The position numbers and the translations under genes are program-made. Source: Candidatus Iainarchaeum sp. (GTDB lineage: Archaea > B1Sed10-29 > WALL01). From it: DNA of 64,000 nucleotides. Position 1 is the first letter of the stretch, and every line of letters starts with the position of its first letter. The notes beneath the pieces were generated by a model. It saw only the letters and a list, made by a program, of their open reading frames with translations, searched no databases and was not told the origin of the DNA. Of the stretch, positions 19,561 through 28,493 are shown in pieces. The stretch is taken from positions 20,667-84,666 of the forward strand of contig JAGMCR010000012.1 of assembly GCA_023129115.1 (NCBI GenBank), written 5' to 3'.

Positions 19561-20337
19561 ATGCGATTCACGGGGCTAGTCGCATTGTTGCTGTTGCTAG
19601 CCGCTGCAGTAGCGTGTGATGCCTCCGTAGGGAACATTGTGGTGGGAACAGCCCCAAATTGCCCGAACGGCGTCGCTCCGGGCGACGTGGAGCTTTACGT
19701 TGGCGAGGAGTTCCAGCTCTGCGGCGACGTATACCTCAAGGGCGAGCTGCTCATGGCGGGCACGGTGAACGGCAGCGCGGAGGGCGTGATGGACGCGAGG
19801 GAGCCAATCGTGAACGGGCGGTTCTCGCTGCGCGGGATGGCCAGAGAAAAAGAGCACAAGTACCACTACATTTCCATTGCCCTCGAGCAGCCGTGCGGGA
19901 AAGTGTTCGAGCCCGTGCCGCTCGAGATTAGGGACAGCTGCATCATGATGCCGCCGAGCACGATTGAGGCTGTGCCGGACGTGGTGGTGCCGGGCCAGGA
20001 CTTCACGCTCCAGGTCAAGAACGCGCCGAGGGATCTGCGGATGGAATTGTCCGGGCTTTCTACTCCGGTAACGGCGCTCATTAGCGGGGGGGGCAAGTGG
20101 TCCCAGTCGTTCGCGTCCGAGCAGTGCAGTGCTATGGGGTCGTGCATAATCCACTTCGACTTCACGAGCACAGAGCACGCGCTCTGCACGGCGAGCGCGG
20201 ACGTGGTGGTGACCGTGAAGGCGCCTGCCGCGACCCCACCGGCTGGGGACGATGACGACCAAACGCTTTTGTTCGTGACACTGGCGCTCTTGATTGTTGG
20301 GACTGGCGGCGCGGTAATATTCAACAGGTATTTGTGA
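19561..20337 (+). CDS. Hypothetical secreted, C-terminally membrane-anchored Cys-containing protein
   Basis: N-terminal signal-like segment, beta-rich body, C-terminal TM helix. Confidence 0.65.
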   Translation: MRFTGLVALLLLLAAAVACDASVGNIVVGTAPNCPNGVAPGDVELYVGEEFQLCGDVYLKGELLMAGTVNGSAEGVMDAREPIVNGRFSLRGMAREKEHKYHYISIALEQPCGKVFEPVPLEIRDSCIMMPPSTIEAVPDVVVPGQDFTLQVKNAPRDLRMELSGLSTPVTALISGGGKWSQSFASEQCSAMGSCIIHFDFTSTEHALCTASADVVVTVKAPAATPPAGDDDDQTLLFVTLALLIVGTGGAVIFNRYL

Positions 20338-20744
20338 TGCACAAGACGATTGAGCACGAGGCCGACATTGGAATTCTTGGTTCTGGTGAGACGTGGGAAA
20401 AGGCCTTTGCCGAGGGCGCTTTGGCGATGCTTGGCATCATGGCAGACATTGAGAAGGTCGAGCCGGCACAGGAAGTCGGGATACAGGCCCAGGCCAACGA
20501 CCGGGACGCCTTGTTCGTCGAGTTCCTGAACGAGCTTTTGTTTTTGAGGGACGCCGAGGACTTGTTTTTGAGCAAGTTCGAGCTGCGGATTGAGGGGAAC
20601 TCACTGGCTGGAAAGGCGTGGGGAGAAAAAATCGACCAGAAAAAGCACGGCGTCAAAATCGAGGTCAAGGCCGCGACTTATTCCGGGCTGAAGACGTGGG
20701 AAGAAAAAGGCAAGAAGTTCGTGCAGTGCGTGGTGGACGTGTGA
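20337..20744 (+). CDS. Archease
   Basis: HEADIG, EVKAATY, C-terminal VDV; directly upstream of rtcB. Confidence 0.92.
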   Translation: MHKTIEHEADIGILGSGETWEKAFAEGALAMLGIMADIEKVEPAQEVGIQAQANDRDALFVEFLNELLFLRDAEDLFLSKFELRIEGNSLAGKAWGEKIDQKKHGVKIEVKAATYSGLKTWEEKGKKFVQCVVDV

Positions 20745-20748
20745 AGAG

Positions 20749-23676
20749 ATGAAAATCGAGGAGACCGAGAAATTCGTGTGGGAAATCGAGCCCTTCGGCG
20801 ACATGCGGGTGCCCGGCAGGATTTACGCGGACGACGAAATCATGGAGCACTTGAAAGAGGACTTGGTCAAGGAATGGAACGCGCTCCAGCAAGTGATTAA
20901 CGTTGCCTCGCTGCCGGGGATACAGAAGTATTCACTCGCGATGAGTGACGTGCACCCGGGCTACGGCTTCCCGATTGGGGGCGTCGGCGCTTTTGACACA
21001 AAAGAGGGCATGATAATGGTCGGGGGCGTCGGGTTTGATGTTAACTGCCTCTCTGGGGACACGAAAGTGCTCCACGAGCACGGCTACACGCGCCCAATCA
21101 AGAGCTTCAAGAAAGACTTCAACAAGCAAAGAATCAAGTGCGTCAACCCCCACACAGCAGTCAAGAACACCGGCATTGGCGCGTTCATGGAGTTCAAGCC
21201 ACGGGCGAGAGTGCTGAAGGTGGTGACAGAAAGCGGGCGCGAAATAATCGCTACTGAAGACCACCCGTTTCTAACTCCCGGCGGGATGAAGGAACTGAAA
21301 GAAATAACAAGCGGCGAAATCTCAGTTTACCCTTTTGAAGGCGTGAAATACGGAGAGCCGCCCGAATTTAGCGTAGTGACGGAAAAGGATGTTAAACGGC
21401 TGCCTCTCGAAAAAGACATGAAACCAACCATTCAAGAGCTAGAAAAAAGGGGTTTGCTGCCCTTGAAGCCGACTAGTGAAAAGTTTCCATATCTTTTGAA
21501 GGTGATGGGGTTTGTGCTGGGTGATGGGGGCATTTACTTCATAAAAAACAAAGGCACTGTCTGGTTCTACGGCGAGAAGGAAGACCTAGAAAAAATACGG
21601 GAAGACGTAAAGAAAATTGGCTTCACTCCCTCACGGGTTTATTCACGGGAAAGAAGCCACGAAATAAACACGAATTACGGCAAAGTAAAGTTCTCGCACA
21701 ACGAAAAGTCGTTCAAGACGACTTCCAGCGCGTTCGCAGCCCTTTTGTGGGCAATGGGAGTGCCCACTGGCAACAAAGCGCGCCAGGACTGGGGGGTCCC
21801 AAAATGGCTTTTCAAGTGCCCAAAATGGCAAAAAAGGCTTTTCTTGGCTGCCTTCTTTGGCGCTGAACTGACTACTCCCTCCGCCGTCAGCGGCCACGGG
21901 TTCAACATCGCGTCTCCCATACTCTCCGTCAACAAAAAAGATGGGTTCGCCAAAAGCGGCAGGAAATTCCTAGAGTCCATCGCCATGCTCCTTAAAGAGT
22001 TTGGAGTGGAAAGCAGCATAATAGCAGAAGAAAAAAAGAGCTACACCAACAAAGAGGGAGAGGCTTCAACAAGGCTTAGGCTGCAAGTGTCGTCAAAGCC
22101 GAAAAACCTTATTCGCTTTTGGAGCCGTGTGGGATACGAGTACAACCAAAAGAAAGCATTCCTCGCGAACGCCGCGGTACAGTACTTAATGCTGAAGCAG
22201 AGAGTAATCAGGGAAAGAGAGGCCGCAATAAAAAAAGCCCGGAAGATGAAAACAAGAAACACCCCCACCCAGATATACAACGCCCTGGTTTCGAAGCATG
22301 TCAACAAAAGGTTCCTAGAGCGCAGCCTTTACGAAGAAAGAAAAACGCCGCCAAGGACGCCCAACGCCTTTCCCATTTTCAATGACTTCGTCAAAGAAAA
22401 AACGCGGGGACTTGGAAACACTGGCCAGGTCTGGGACAGGATAGAAAAGAAAGAAGCGGTGGACTATATAGGGCGGGTGTACGACTTCACGGTTTCCGAC
22501 GAAAACCACAATTTCATCGCAAACAGCTTTGTTGTCTCCAACTGCGGCGTCAGGGTGATGAAGGCGCCGCTCACGAAAAAGGACATCGAGGGCAAGAAAA
22601 AAGAGCTTGCCCAGGCATTGTTCGACAGGGTTCCGGCGGGGCTCGGGAGCACGGGCGACTTGCGGCTCACCGAAGCGCAGATAGACGAGGTATTGGTCGA
22701 GGGCGCGAAATACGCTGTCGAGAATGGGTACGGAATCGAGAGCGACCTGGAGTACACAGAGGAAGAGGGGAGAATTGCGGGGGCGCTGCCGGAGGCAGTG
22801 TCGCACAAGGCCAAGCAAAGGCAGTTCAAGCAGGTGGGGACTCTTGGCTCGGGAAACCATTACTTGGAAGTGCAGTACGTGGACGAAGTGTTTGACGAGA
22901 AGGCCGCGAAGGCTTTTGGATTGGAGAAGGGCCAGGTCATGGTCGCGATTCACTGCGGGTCGAGGGCGCTGGGGCACCAGGTCGGGACTGATTACCTCCA
23001 GACGCTGGACAATGCCATGAAAAAGTACGGGATTAAAATCAGGGAGAGGGAACTGGTCGGCGCGCCGTTCGAGAGCGAGGAGGGCCAGCAGTACTTCGGG
23101 GCCGTGAACGGGGCGAGTAATGTCGCGTTTGCCAACAGGCAGGTGATTGCGCACCTGGCGCGGCAGGTCTTCGTGAAGGTGTTTGGGATTGGCGAGGAAG
23201 AGTTCACGCAGCTTTATGATATCGGGCACAATACCGCCAAACTGGAGGAGCACGGCGGGAAGAAGCTGATTGTGCACCGCAAGGGCGCGACTCGGGCGTT
23301 CGGGCCCGGGCACAAGGAAGTGCCGAAGGCGTATCGCTCCGTGGGGCAGCCCGTCTTGATTGGGGGCACGATGGGGACTTGTAGCTATATACTGCACGGC
23401 ACAGAGACCGGGATGAAAGAGACTTTCGGCAGCAGCTGCCACGGCGCCGGGAGGCGGATGAGCCGCGCCCAGGCCAAGAAAAAGTGGTGGGGGGAGACTG
23501 TGCAGCAGGAACTGGCGACCAAGGGGATTATTGTGCTGGGCCACTCCAAATCAGGCTTGGCCGAGGAGGCGCCCGGGGCGTACAAGGACGTCAACGAGGT
23601 CGTGGGCGTGATGCACGAGACAGACATCGCAAGAAAGGTCGTCAAGGCGCTTCCAATGGTGAATGTGAAGGGCTAA
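20749..23676 (+). CDS. rtcB: tRNA-splicing ligase RtcB containing an intein
   Basis: DVHPGYGFPIG, GFDVN/CGVR split by an insertion, GTLGSGNHYLE, SSCHGAGR, EEAPGAYK. Confidence 0.95.
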   Translation: MKIEETEKFVWEIEPFGDMRVPGRIYADDEIMEHLKEDLVKEWNALQQVINVASLPGIQKYSLAMSDVHPGYGFPIGGVGAFDTKEGMIMVGGVGFDVNCLSGDTKVLHEHGYTRPIKSFKKDFNKQRIKCVNPHTAVKNTGIGAFMEFKPRARVLKVVTESGREIIATEDHPFLTPGGMKELKEITSGEISVYPFEGVKYGEPPEFSVVTEKDVKRLPLEKDMKPTIQELEKRGLLPLKPTSEKFPYLLKVMGFVLGDGGIYFIKNKGTVWFYGEKEDLEKIREDVKKIGFTPSRVYSRERSHEINTNYGKVKFSHNEKSFKTTSSAFAALLWAMGVPTGNKARQDWGVPKWLFKCPKWQKRLFLAAFFGAELTTPSAVSGHGFNIASPILSVNKKDGFAKSGRKFLESIAMLLKEFGVESSIIAEEKKSYTNKEGEASTRLRLQVSSKPKNLIRFWSRVGYEYNQKKAFLANAAVQYLMLKQRVIREREAAIKKARKMKTRNTPTQIYNALVSKHVNKRFLERSLYEERKTPPRTPNAFPIFNDFVKEKTRGLGNTGQVWDRIEKKEAVDYIGRVYDFTVSDENHNFIANSFVVSNCGVRVMKAPLTKKDIEGKKKELAQALFDRVPAGLGSTGDLRLTEAQIDEVLVEGAKYAVENGYGIESDLEYTEEEGRIAGALPEAVSHKAKQRQFKQVGTLGSGNHYLEVQYVDEVFDEKAAKAFGLEKGQVMVAIHCGSRALGHQVGTDYLQTLDNAMKKYGIKIRERELVGAPFESEEGQQYFGAVNGASNVAFANRQVIAHLARQVFVKVFGIGEEEFTQLYDIGHNTAKLEEHGGKKLIVHRKGATRAFGPGHKEVPKAYRSVGQPVLIGGTMGTCSYILHGTETGMKETFGSSCHGAGRRMSRAQAKKKWWGETVQQELATKGIIVLGHSKSGLAEEAPGAYKDVNEVVGVMHETDIARKVVKALPMVNVKG
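21046..22542 (+). mobile_element. Intein (about 499 aa) with LAGLIDADG endonuclease in RtcB
   Basis: Starts CLSGD, block B ATEDHPF, GFVLGDG and FLAAFFGAE motifs, ends VYDFTV..HNFIANSFVVSN followed by C; more AT-rich codons. Confidence 0.93.
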
Positions 23677-23709
23677 CGTTTTTATAGGCTGGATTGGTTG
23701 TTGATATTA

Positions 23710-24411
23710 ATGGTTGACGCCGCAATGGTCAAGGAAGTCAAGGACCTGCTCGCAGAAGGCTATACCCCCGACAAAGTCAAGGCTAATTTGGTAAAAATAG
23801 GGTTCAGCGAAGCAGAGGCAGAAGAAGTGATTGTCGAGGCAGGGAAAGGCGTGGCTGCTCCAGAGCCAGGCGCTCCCACCCCAACTGGGGGGGCGCCAAT
23901 GGGCGCCCCCCCAAAAGCGCCCGAGCCAGCGGCGCCGAAGCCGGAAGAAGCCCCTACGGCGCCAGCTGAACCACTTGAACCAGAGGCCCCAAAGCCGCCT
24001 GAGCCAGTGGCTATGCCAGAGCTGCCGGAAATGAGCCTGGAGCCGGAGAGCGATGAAGAGCTGCTGCTGGCGGCTGGTGGGGAAGAACCTGGGCCCGCGG
24101 AATTGCCGCCCCTTGGGGCGCCTGCGGAATTGCCGCCTGTTGGGGCTGCCGCCCCTGCACCCGCGGAATTGCCTGTGGGAGAAGCGCCCGCTGCAGAGCC
24201 AGAGCATCCAAGGCATCACCGCCGCCACAAGGCAGTGGCACCAGCGGCTGCCCCGGCAGCGGATGAGGGGACTGCACCCGCCACAGAGGAAGGCGAGAAG
24301 ACAAAGGCCGGCGGCAAGAAGGCCCTGCTGATTTTCTTCATCGCATTCGTCATAATACTGGCCATGGCGTACTTCATTGCCTTCCCAAAGCTCGGGATTG
24401 AGCTGTTTTAA
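23710..24411 (+). CDS. Pro/Ala/Glu-rich protein with N-terminal helical domain and C-terminal TM anchor
   Basis: Low-complexity linker with PAELPP repeats, hydrophobic C-terminus. Confidence 0.7.
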   Translation: MVDAAMVKEVKDLLAEGYTPDKVKANLVKIGFSEAEAEEVIVEAGKGVAAPEPGAPTPTGGAPMGAPPKAPEPAAPKPEEAPTAPAEPLEPEAPKPPEPVAMPELPEMSLEPESDEELLLAAGGEEPGPAELPPLGAPAELPPVGAAAPAPAELPVGEAPAAEPEHPRHHRRHKAVAPAAAPAADEGTAPATEEGEKTKAGGKKALLIFFIAFVIILAMAYFIAFPKLGIELF

Positions 24412-24540
24412 AGGGGAAACGCGAGGCTAATATTTTGTTAGAATCCCAAAATCCATAAGCGACCGATTTGATATCAAAGACGATAATGAGATTTTGTTCA
24501 GAGTAACCCCAAATAACAAAATAGAATTGGAGGTTGTGCG

Positions 24541-24765
24541 ATGAAACTGAAACTAGCAAAGAGGCGGCCCCCCCTCGATGTTTTTGATAAAGCCATCCTT
24601 CACTATCTTTTACACATACCTGGTTGGGCAACAACCAATAACATAGCAAATAGGCTAGAAGTAAGTTGGAATACAGCAGATGCTCATCTGAAAAGGTTAG
24701 TGGGATATGGTTTTGTAATAAAAAAAGCCACTGGAAATAAAGTGTTGTGGAGAGTAAACATCTAA
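24541..24765 (+). CDS. Winged helix-turn-helix protein
   Basis: TTNNIANRLEVSWNTADAHLKRL..G pattern; GGAGG RBS upstream. Confidence 0.75.
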   Translation: MKLKLAKRRPPLDVFDKAILHYLLHIPGWATTNNIANRLEVSWNTADAHLKRLVGYGFVIKKATGNKVLWRVNI

Positions 24766-24770
24766 TTTAC

Positions 24771-26261
24771 TTATACTAACATTAGATATAGGGGTATTGG
24801 CACCATCATGATACTTAGCTTATTAGAGAACATCCCAAAATCTTGTTTTGTAAGCATTATTTTTGGATGTGAATTAAATGACAGCAAGCCTTTGAAATCT
24901 CCTTTTTCTATTTTGTTTTGATATTTGACTTCAAAACCCATCAATTGGTCTCCTGTATTTAATACATAATCTACTTCAGTATCTTTTTCAGAGAAAAATA
25001 GTAGATGGTTCCATGGTTCAAATACATCTCTTGGATTATGTGCAAAAGCCACTCGAACTAGATGATCCCCAACAACCGCTTCTACTAAATTAGATTTCAA
25101 TTGAGTATCCAACAAGAAATTAATTGAATGAGAAAAAGGGTCTGAAACACCATCGAGATGACCGCGAATACAATGGAAGAAAAAGGGATTGCATACAAAA
25201 ACCTTCTTTTCATGGGCACGCGTGTCAGGCACCCTACTCTCAGTTATTCTAAATACTACATGGAGAAAGAACATATCCCGCAGTAAATAACAGTAACTAC
25301 GAACCGTTTTTAGGCTGCGTCTGATATTTTTTGCCATTGCACCCCAATTTGTGTCCGAGCCCATGACACTAATAACTTCCCGAAGCACTTCTTCTGTAAT
25401 AACTATATCCCGTTTAAGAGTTTTCGTGTCTTCATTGAGGTATTTCCAATACACATCATAAACAGAAGGAGGGATGGAACGATTGCTGAAAAAATGGTTG
25501 ACTGCGGGCATAACCCCTCCATTGATTAGATATTCATCAAAAAGAGTATTCAGCTCAGAAGAAAATGGCCTTAGGGCTTGTAATCCTTTTGGGACCTCCC
25601 CCTCAAATAATGCTGCTCTAGCAGCAATTCTTGCTTCGTTACCGAGAAGGTTATATTCCTCAAGCACGCGTTGTATTTCTGGATTTCGTAAGCCAACGTA
25701 CTCTGCAAACTTCATGGGTGCTAAGATTTTATGGGTGGTTAGCCCCTGATATTCACCAGAACGCCCAGTGAAATAATTTAAGGCTTTACCTATCTCAACG
25801 GAATGAGAGCCACTAACTAAAATAGAGAGATTTTTCCTGTGGGTCTCTTTAAATGGTTTAATTGCCTCCCACCAGTTTTCGACGCGGGAAATCTCATCTA
25901 AAAAAATGAATTTCCTTCCAGAACTTAGAGTGTTACTCCAATCAAAGTAAGTGTTCAGTAAACTGAGTAATTTACCGGGTTTGAGTATTGTATCACAGGA
26001 AATATAGCATATATCATAGGGATTAATCCCTGCCTCAAGTTTCTCACGTATTAGTAATTTCATTAGGGTGGTTTTACCTACTTGTCGTGGTCCTCTAATA
26101 GAACCAATAGTGTCCATCTCAAGATTGGCCGCAATATACTGCTTTATCCTAGGCTTCCATTTTAGCGGGGCTTCCTCAAATTTTTCAATCTCATAGTCTT
26201 GACTAATAGTAGATTTGTCCGCCCACCAGGGGTTTTGTTTTGAAATATCATTCCAATTCAT
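24771..26261 (-). CDS. AAA+ ATPase (AAA_14/DUF4143-like) with C-terminal PD-(D/E)XK-like domain
   Basis: QNPWW, GPRQVGKTT Walker A, FLDEI Walker B, SGS, EVDY..GFEVKY. Confidence 0.88.
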   Translation of the reverse strand: MNWNDISKQNPWWADKSTISQDYEIEKFEEAPLKWKPRIKQYIAANLEMDTIGSIRGPRQVGKTTLMKLLIREKLEAGINPYDICYISCDTILKPGKLLSLLNTYFDWSNTLSSGRKFIFLDEISRVENWWEAIKPFKETHRKNLSILVSGSHSVEIGKALNYFTGRSGEYQGLTTHKILAPMKFAEYVGLRNPEIQRVLEEYNLLGNEARIAARAALFEGEVPKGLQALRPFSSELNTLFDEYLINGGVMPAVNHFFSNRSIPPSVYDVYWKYLNEDTKTLKRDIVITEEVLREVISVMGSDTNWGAMAKNIRRSLKTVRSYCYLLRDMFFLHVVFRITESRVPDTRAHEKKVFVCNPFFFHCIRGHLDGVSDPFSHSINFLLDTQLKSNLVEAVVGDHLVRVAFAHNPRDVFEPWNHLLFFSEKDTEVDYVLNTGDQLMGFEVKYQNKIEKGDFKGLLSFNSHPKIMLTKQDFGMFSNKLSIMMVPIPLYLMLV

Positions 26262-26397
26262 ATAAACCAAACAGGACCGATATATGAGTTTGTTTATATA
26301 TAAAACTGTATCCATCTATGAGTTTGTTTATAAATGGAAATGGAATGTTCTGGTATGACCTATATTGAGTATACCCCATATAGCATATATCTACAAG

Positions 26398-26545
26398 AGC
26401 GTGTATTGGCGTATCCAGGGCGTGTGTGTGCGTGTTGGGGGGTTATTGGGGGGTAGCTGGGGGGTAGCTGGGGGTTGTATATGGGTGACACACAGGTGGT
26501 TACCGGGTTGTTACCTGGTTGTCACCGGGTTAACCCTGGTTGGAT
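26398..26545. repeat. Drifting tandem array with a period of about 11 nt, including four G5-G6 tracts
   Basis: TGGGGGGTTAT/TGGGGGGTAGC/TGGGGGGTAGC/TGGGGGTTGTA then ACCGGGTTGTT/ACCTGGTTGTC/ACCGGGTTAAC. Confidence 0.65.
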
Positions 26546-26686
26546 AGTGCTTGTTGGCCGCTTAATTCTGCTTAGATTTTGGTTATTCACCAGTGCCATC
26601 CTGTAAACCCCATATCCATCAAAAGGGAACGCATAAGAATGAGGTACGCACAGAATGAAAATGAAAACTGAAAAGGGGGTGAAAAA

Positions 26687-26821
26687 ATGAAATTGAAAGG
26701 ACAGATTAACACGAAAGAAGGAGTTAGAGAGTTCGAGTTTGAAGGAAACGCTGGAGAGGTAGGACGGCTTCCAGAACATGCAGAGAAAATAAAGAAAGCA
26801 TTCGAGAAATTGCTGGAATAG
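26687..26821 (+). CDS. Small hypothetical protein (44 aa, MKLKGQINTKEGVREFEFEG...)
   Basis: ATG preceded by GGGGTGA RBS; below the ORF-track size cutoff. Confidence 0.5.
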   Translation: MKLKGQINTKEGVREFEFEGNAGEVGRLPEHAEKIKKAFEKLLE

Positions 26822-26840
26822 CTCAGAGAGGGTAGAGGGG

Positions 26841-27035
26841 TTAACCACCCCTCTTAAAGAGCCTATCAATAAACCATAAAAGAAACATGAGGGATACAAG
26901 CCACCAACGAGCAGTAGACTCAATTAGCGCAAAAAAAACAAGAATAATCAAAAGGGCTGAAGTGAGCTTATCTTCAAAATTCTCTGCCGAGGCAAACAGA
27001 ACGAATAGAACATCCTCAAATATCTTTTTTATCAA
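26841..27035 (-). CDS. Small hydrophobic membrane protein (start uncertain)
   Basis: Two to three hydrophobic segments; open frame extends up to the stop of the upstream ORF. Confidence 0.45.
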   Translation of the reverse strand: MIKKIFEDVLFVLFASAENFEDKLTSALLIILVFFALIESTARWWLVSLMFLLWFIDRLFKRGG

Positions 27036-27089
27036 ATCAACTATCCAACTGGGAGCACTTTTGAGCCATTCTACAATAGATATAACTAA

Positions 27090-27314
27090 TCACCCATTGA
27101 GATACTTCAATGAAACATAAACCAGACCCAATCCAGCAAGTATGAACACCCCTGGAAGCCACCAAATTTCTAGTGATTCTAAGCTTAGGGGGGACAATTT
27201 ATGAAGCTCCAAAAGCCATTTAGCACCGTAACCAATTGCAGAGGCACCAATCAAAGCCTTGATATACGCAGCATCTTTTTTGTTTAGTGGCATTTTCTCA
27301 CCTTCTTCTACCAA
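27090..27314 (-). CDS. Small two-TM membrane protein
   Basis: Hydrophobic segments, GGTGA RBS-like motifs. Confidence 0.5.
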   Translation of the reverse strand: MVEEGEKMPLNKKDAAYIKALIGASAIGYGAKWLLELHKLSPLSLESLEIWWLPGVFILAGLGLVYVSLKYLNG

Positions 27315-27441
27315 TTACCTTCACCCCCCTTATAACTATTTAGGAGTTTATGTGCAGAATCTGGGACTTTGTGTGCAGGCCCTAGTTTATGTGCAAAGCC
27401 CCCTTTATGGAAACCTTTATAAACAAAACTATTTACAAATG

Positions 27442-27494
27442 TGCCGACTCCCCTGGACCAGGGTGGTCTGCCAATTTCTTGGCATAGTCCGGCA
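27442..27494 (+). promoter_or_regulatory. Structured 5' leader of the rpl3 operon
   Basis: TTTATAAA box at about 27415; TGCCGACT/AGTCCGGCA stem enclosing two hairpins. Confidence 0.45.
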
Positions 27495-27521
27495 TTCATT
27501 AGCTATGGGTATCGATGCGCT

Positions 27522-28493
27522 ATGGCAAAAGTAACCGCCCCCCGCCGGGGAAGCCTGGCCTTCTCCCCCAGGAAGAAGGCAAAGAAGCAATATTTTAGCG
27601 CCAGGTCTTGGCAGGCCCACGAAGGCAAAATGCTCATGGGCTTCGCTGGCTACAAGGCCGGCATGACCCACATCCACGCCATAGACAAGCAAAAAAACAG
27701 CCCATCCTTCGAACAGAAAGTCATTCTCCCCGCAACCATCATTGAGTGCCCGCCGCTCATGGTGTTTGGCGTGAGGGCATACAAGAAAACCACTGCGGGG
27801 CTGAGGTGCATCGGCCAGGAAACCGCTGCAAAGCCCGCCAAAAACCTCTCACGCAAGATAACAGCGCCCAAGAAACCCAGCGAAAAAACCATTGACGCCT
27901 CAACTGCTTCTCAAATCCGGCTGCTCGTCCACACGCAGCCAACCTTCAAAAAAACCCCCGAAATCTTTGAAATACCAGTCAGCGGCACCTCTGACGAGGC
28001 CTACAAGTACGCCAAAGAAATGCTCGGGAAAGAAATAGCTGTCGCAGACGTGTTCGAGGCGGGAATGCTCGTCGACGTAATCGGCGTCACCAAAGGCAAG
28101 GGCATGCAAGGCCCAGTCAAGCGGTGGGGCACTAGGATACAATACAGGAAGGCGCACGGCAAAAGAAGGCACGTCGGCTCAATCAACCCATGGACCCCGA
28201 CCAGAATCATGTGGACCTCGCTCATGGCAGGCCAGAAGGGCTACCAGCGCAGGACAGAGTCCAACAAAATGGTGCTCGTCGTCGGGAGCGACGGCAAAGA
28301 AGTCACGCCGAAGGGCGGGATACCGCACTACGGCAACATGAAGTCCAATTACATCATAATCAAGGGCTCGGTGCCCGGGCCCAAGAAGAGGGCGCTCATG
28401 ATACGCTTCGGCGTGAGGACGCCCACAAAGGAAAGGGCAATGCCAGAGGTACAGAGCGTGTCAACACTCTCGCAGCAGGGGAGGGCTAGGTAA
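27522..28493 (+). CDS. rpl3: 50S ribosomal protein L3
   Basis: PRRGSLAFSPRK, GYKAGMTH, TKGKGMQGPVKRWG. Confidence 0.96.
   Translation: MAKVTAPRRGSLAFSPRKKAKKQYFSARSWQAHEGKMLMGFAGYKAGMTHIHAIDKQKNSPSFEQKVILPATIIECPPLMVFGVRAYKKTTAGLRCIGQETAAKPAKNLSRKITAPKKPSEKTIDASTASQIRLLVHTQPTFKKTPEIFEIPVSGTSDEAYKYAKEMLGKEIAVADVFEAGMLVDVIGVTKGKGMQGPVKRWGTRIQYRKAHGKRRHVGSINPWTPTRIMWTSLMAGQKGYQRRTESNKMVLVVGSDGKEVTPKGGIPHYGNMKSNYIIIKGSVPGPKKRALMIRFGVRTPTKERAMPEVQSVSTLSQQGRAR

Larger units (their letters stand above)
24412..27400. other. Low-GC accessory island
   Basis: Abrupt shift to AT-rich sequence with minus-strand genes, in an otherwise almost entirely plus-strand, GC-rich region. Confidence 0.75.
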
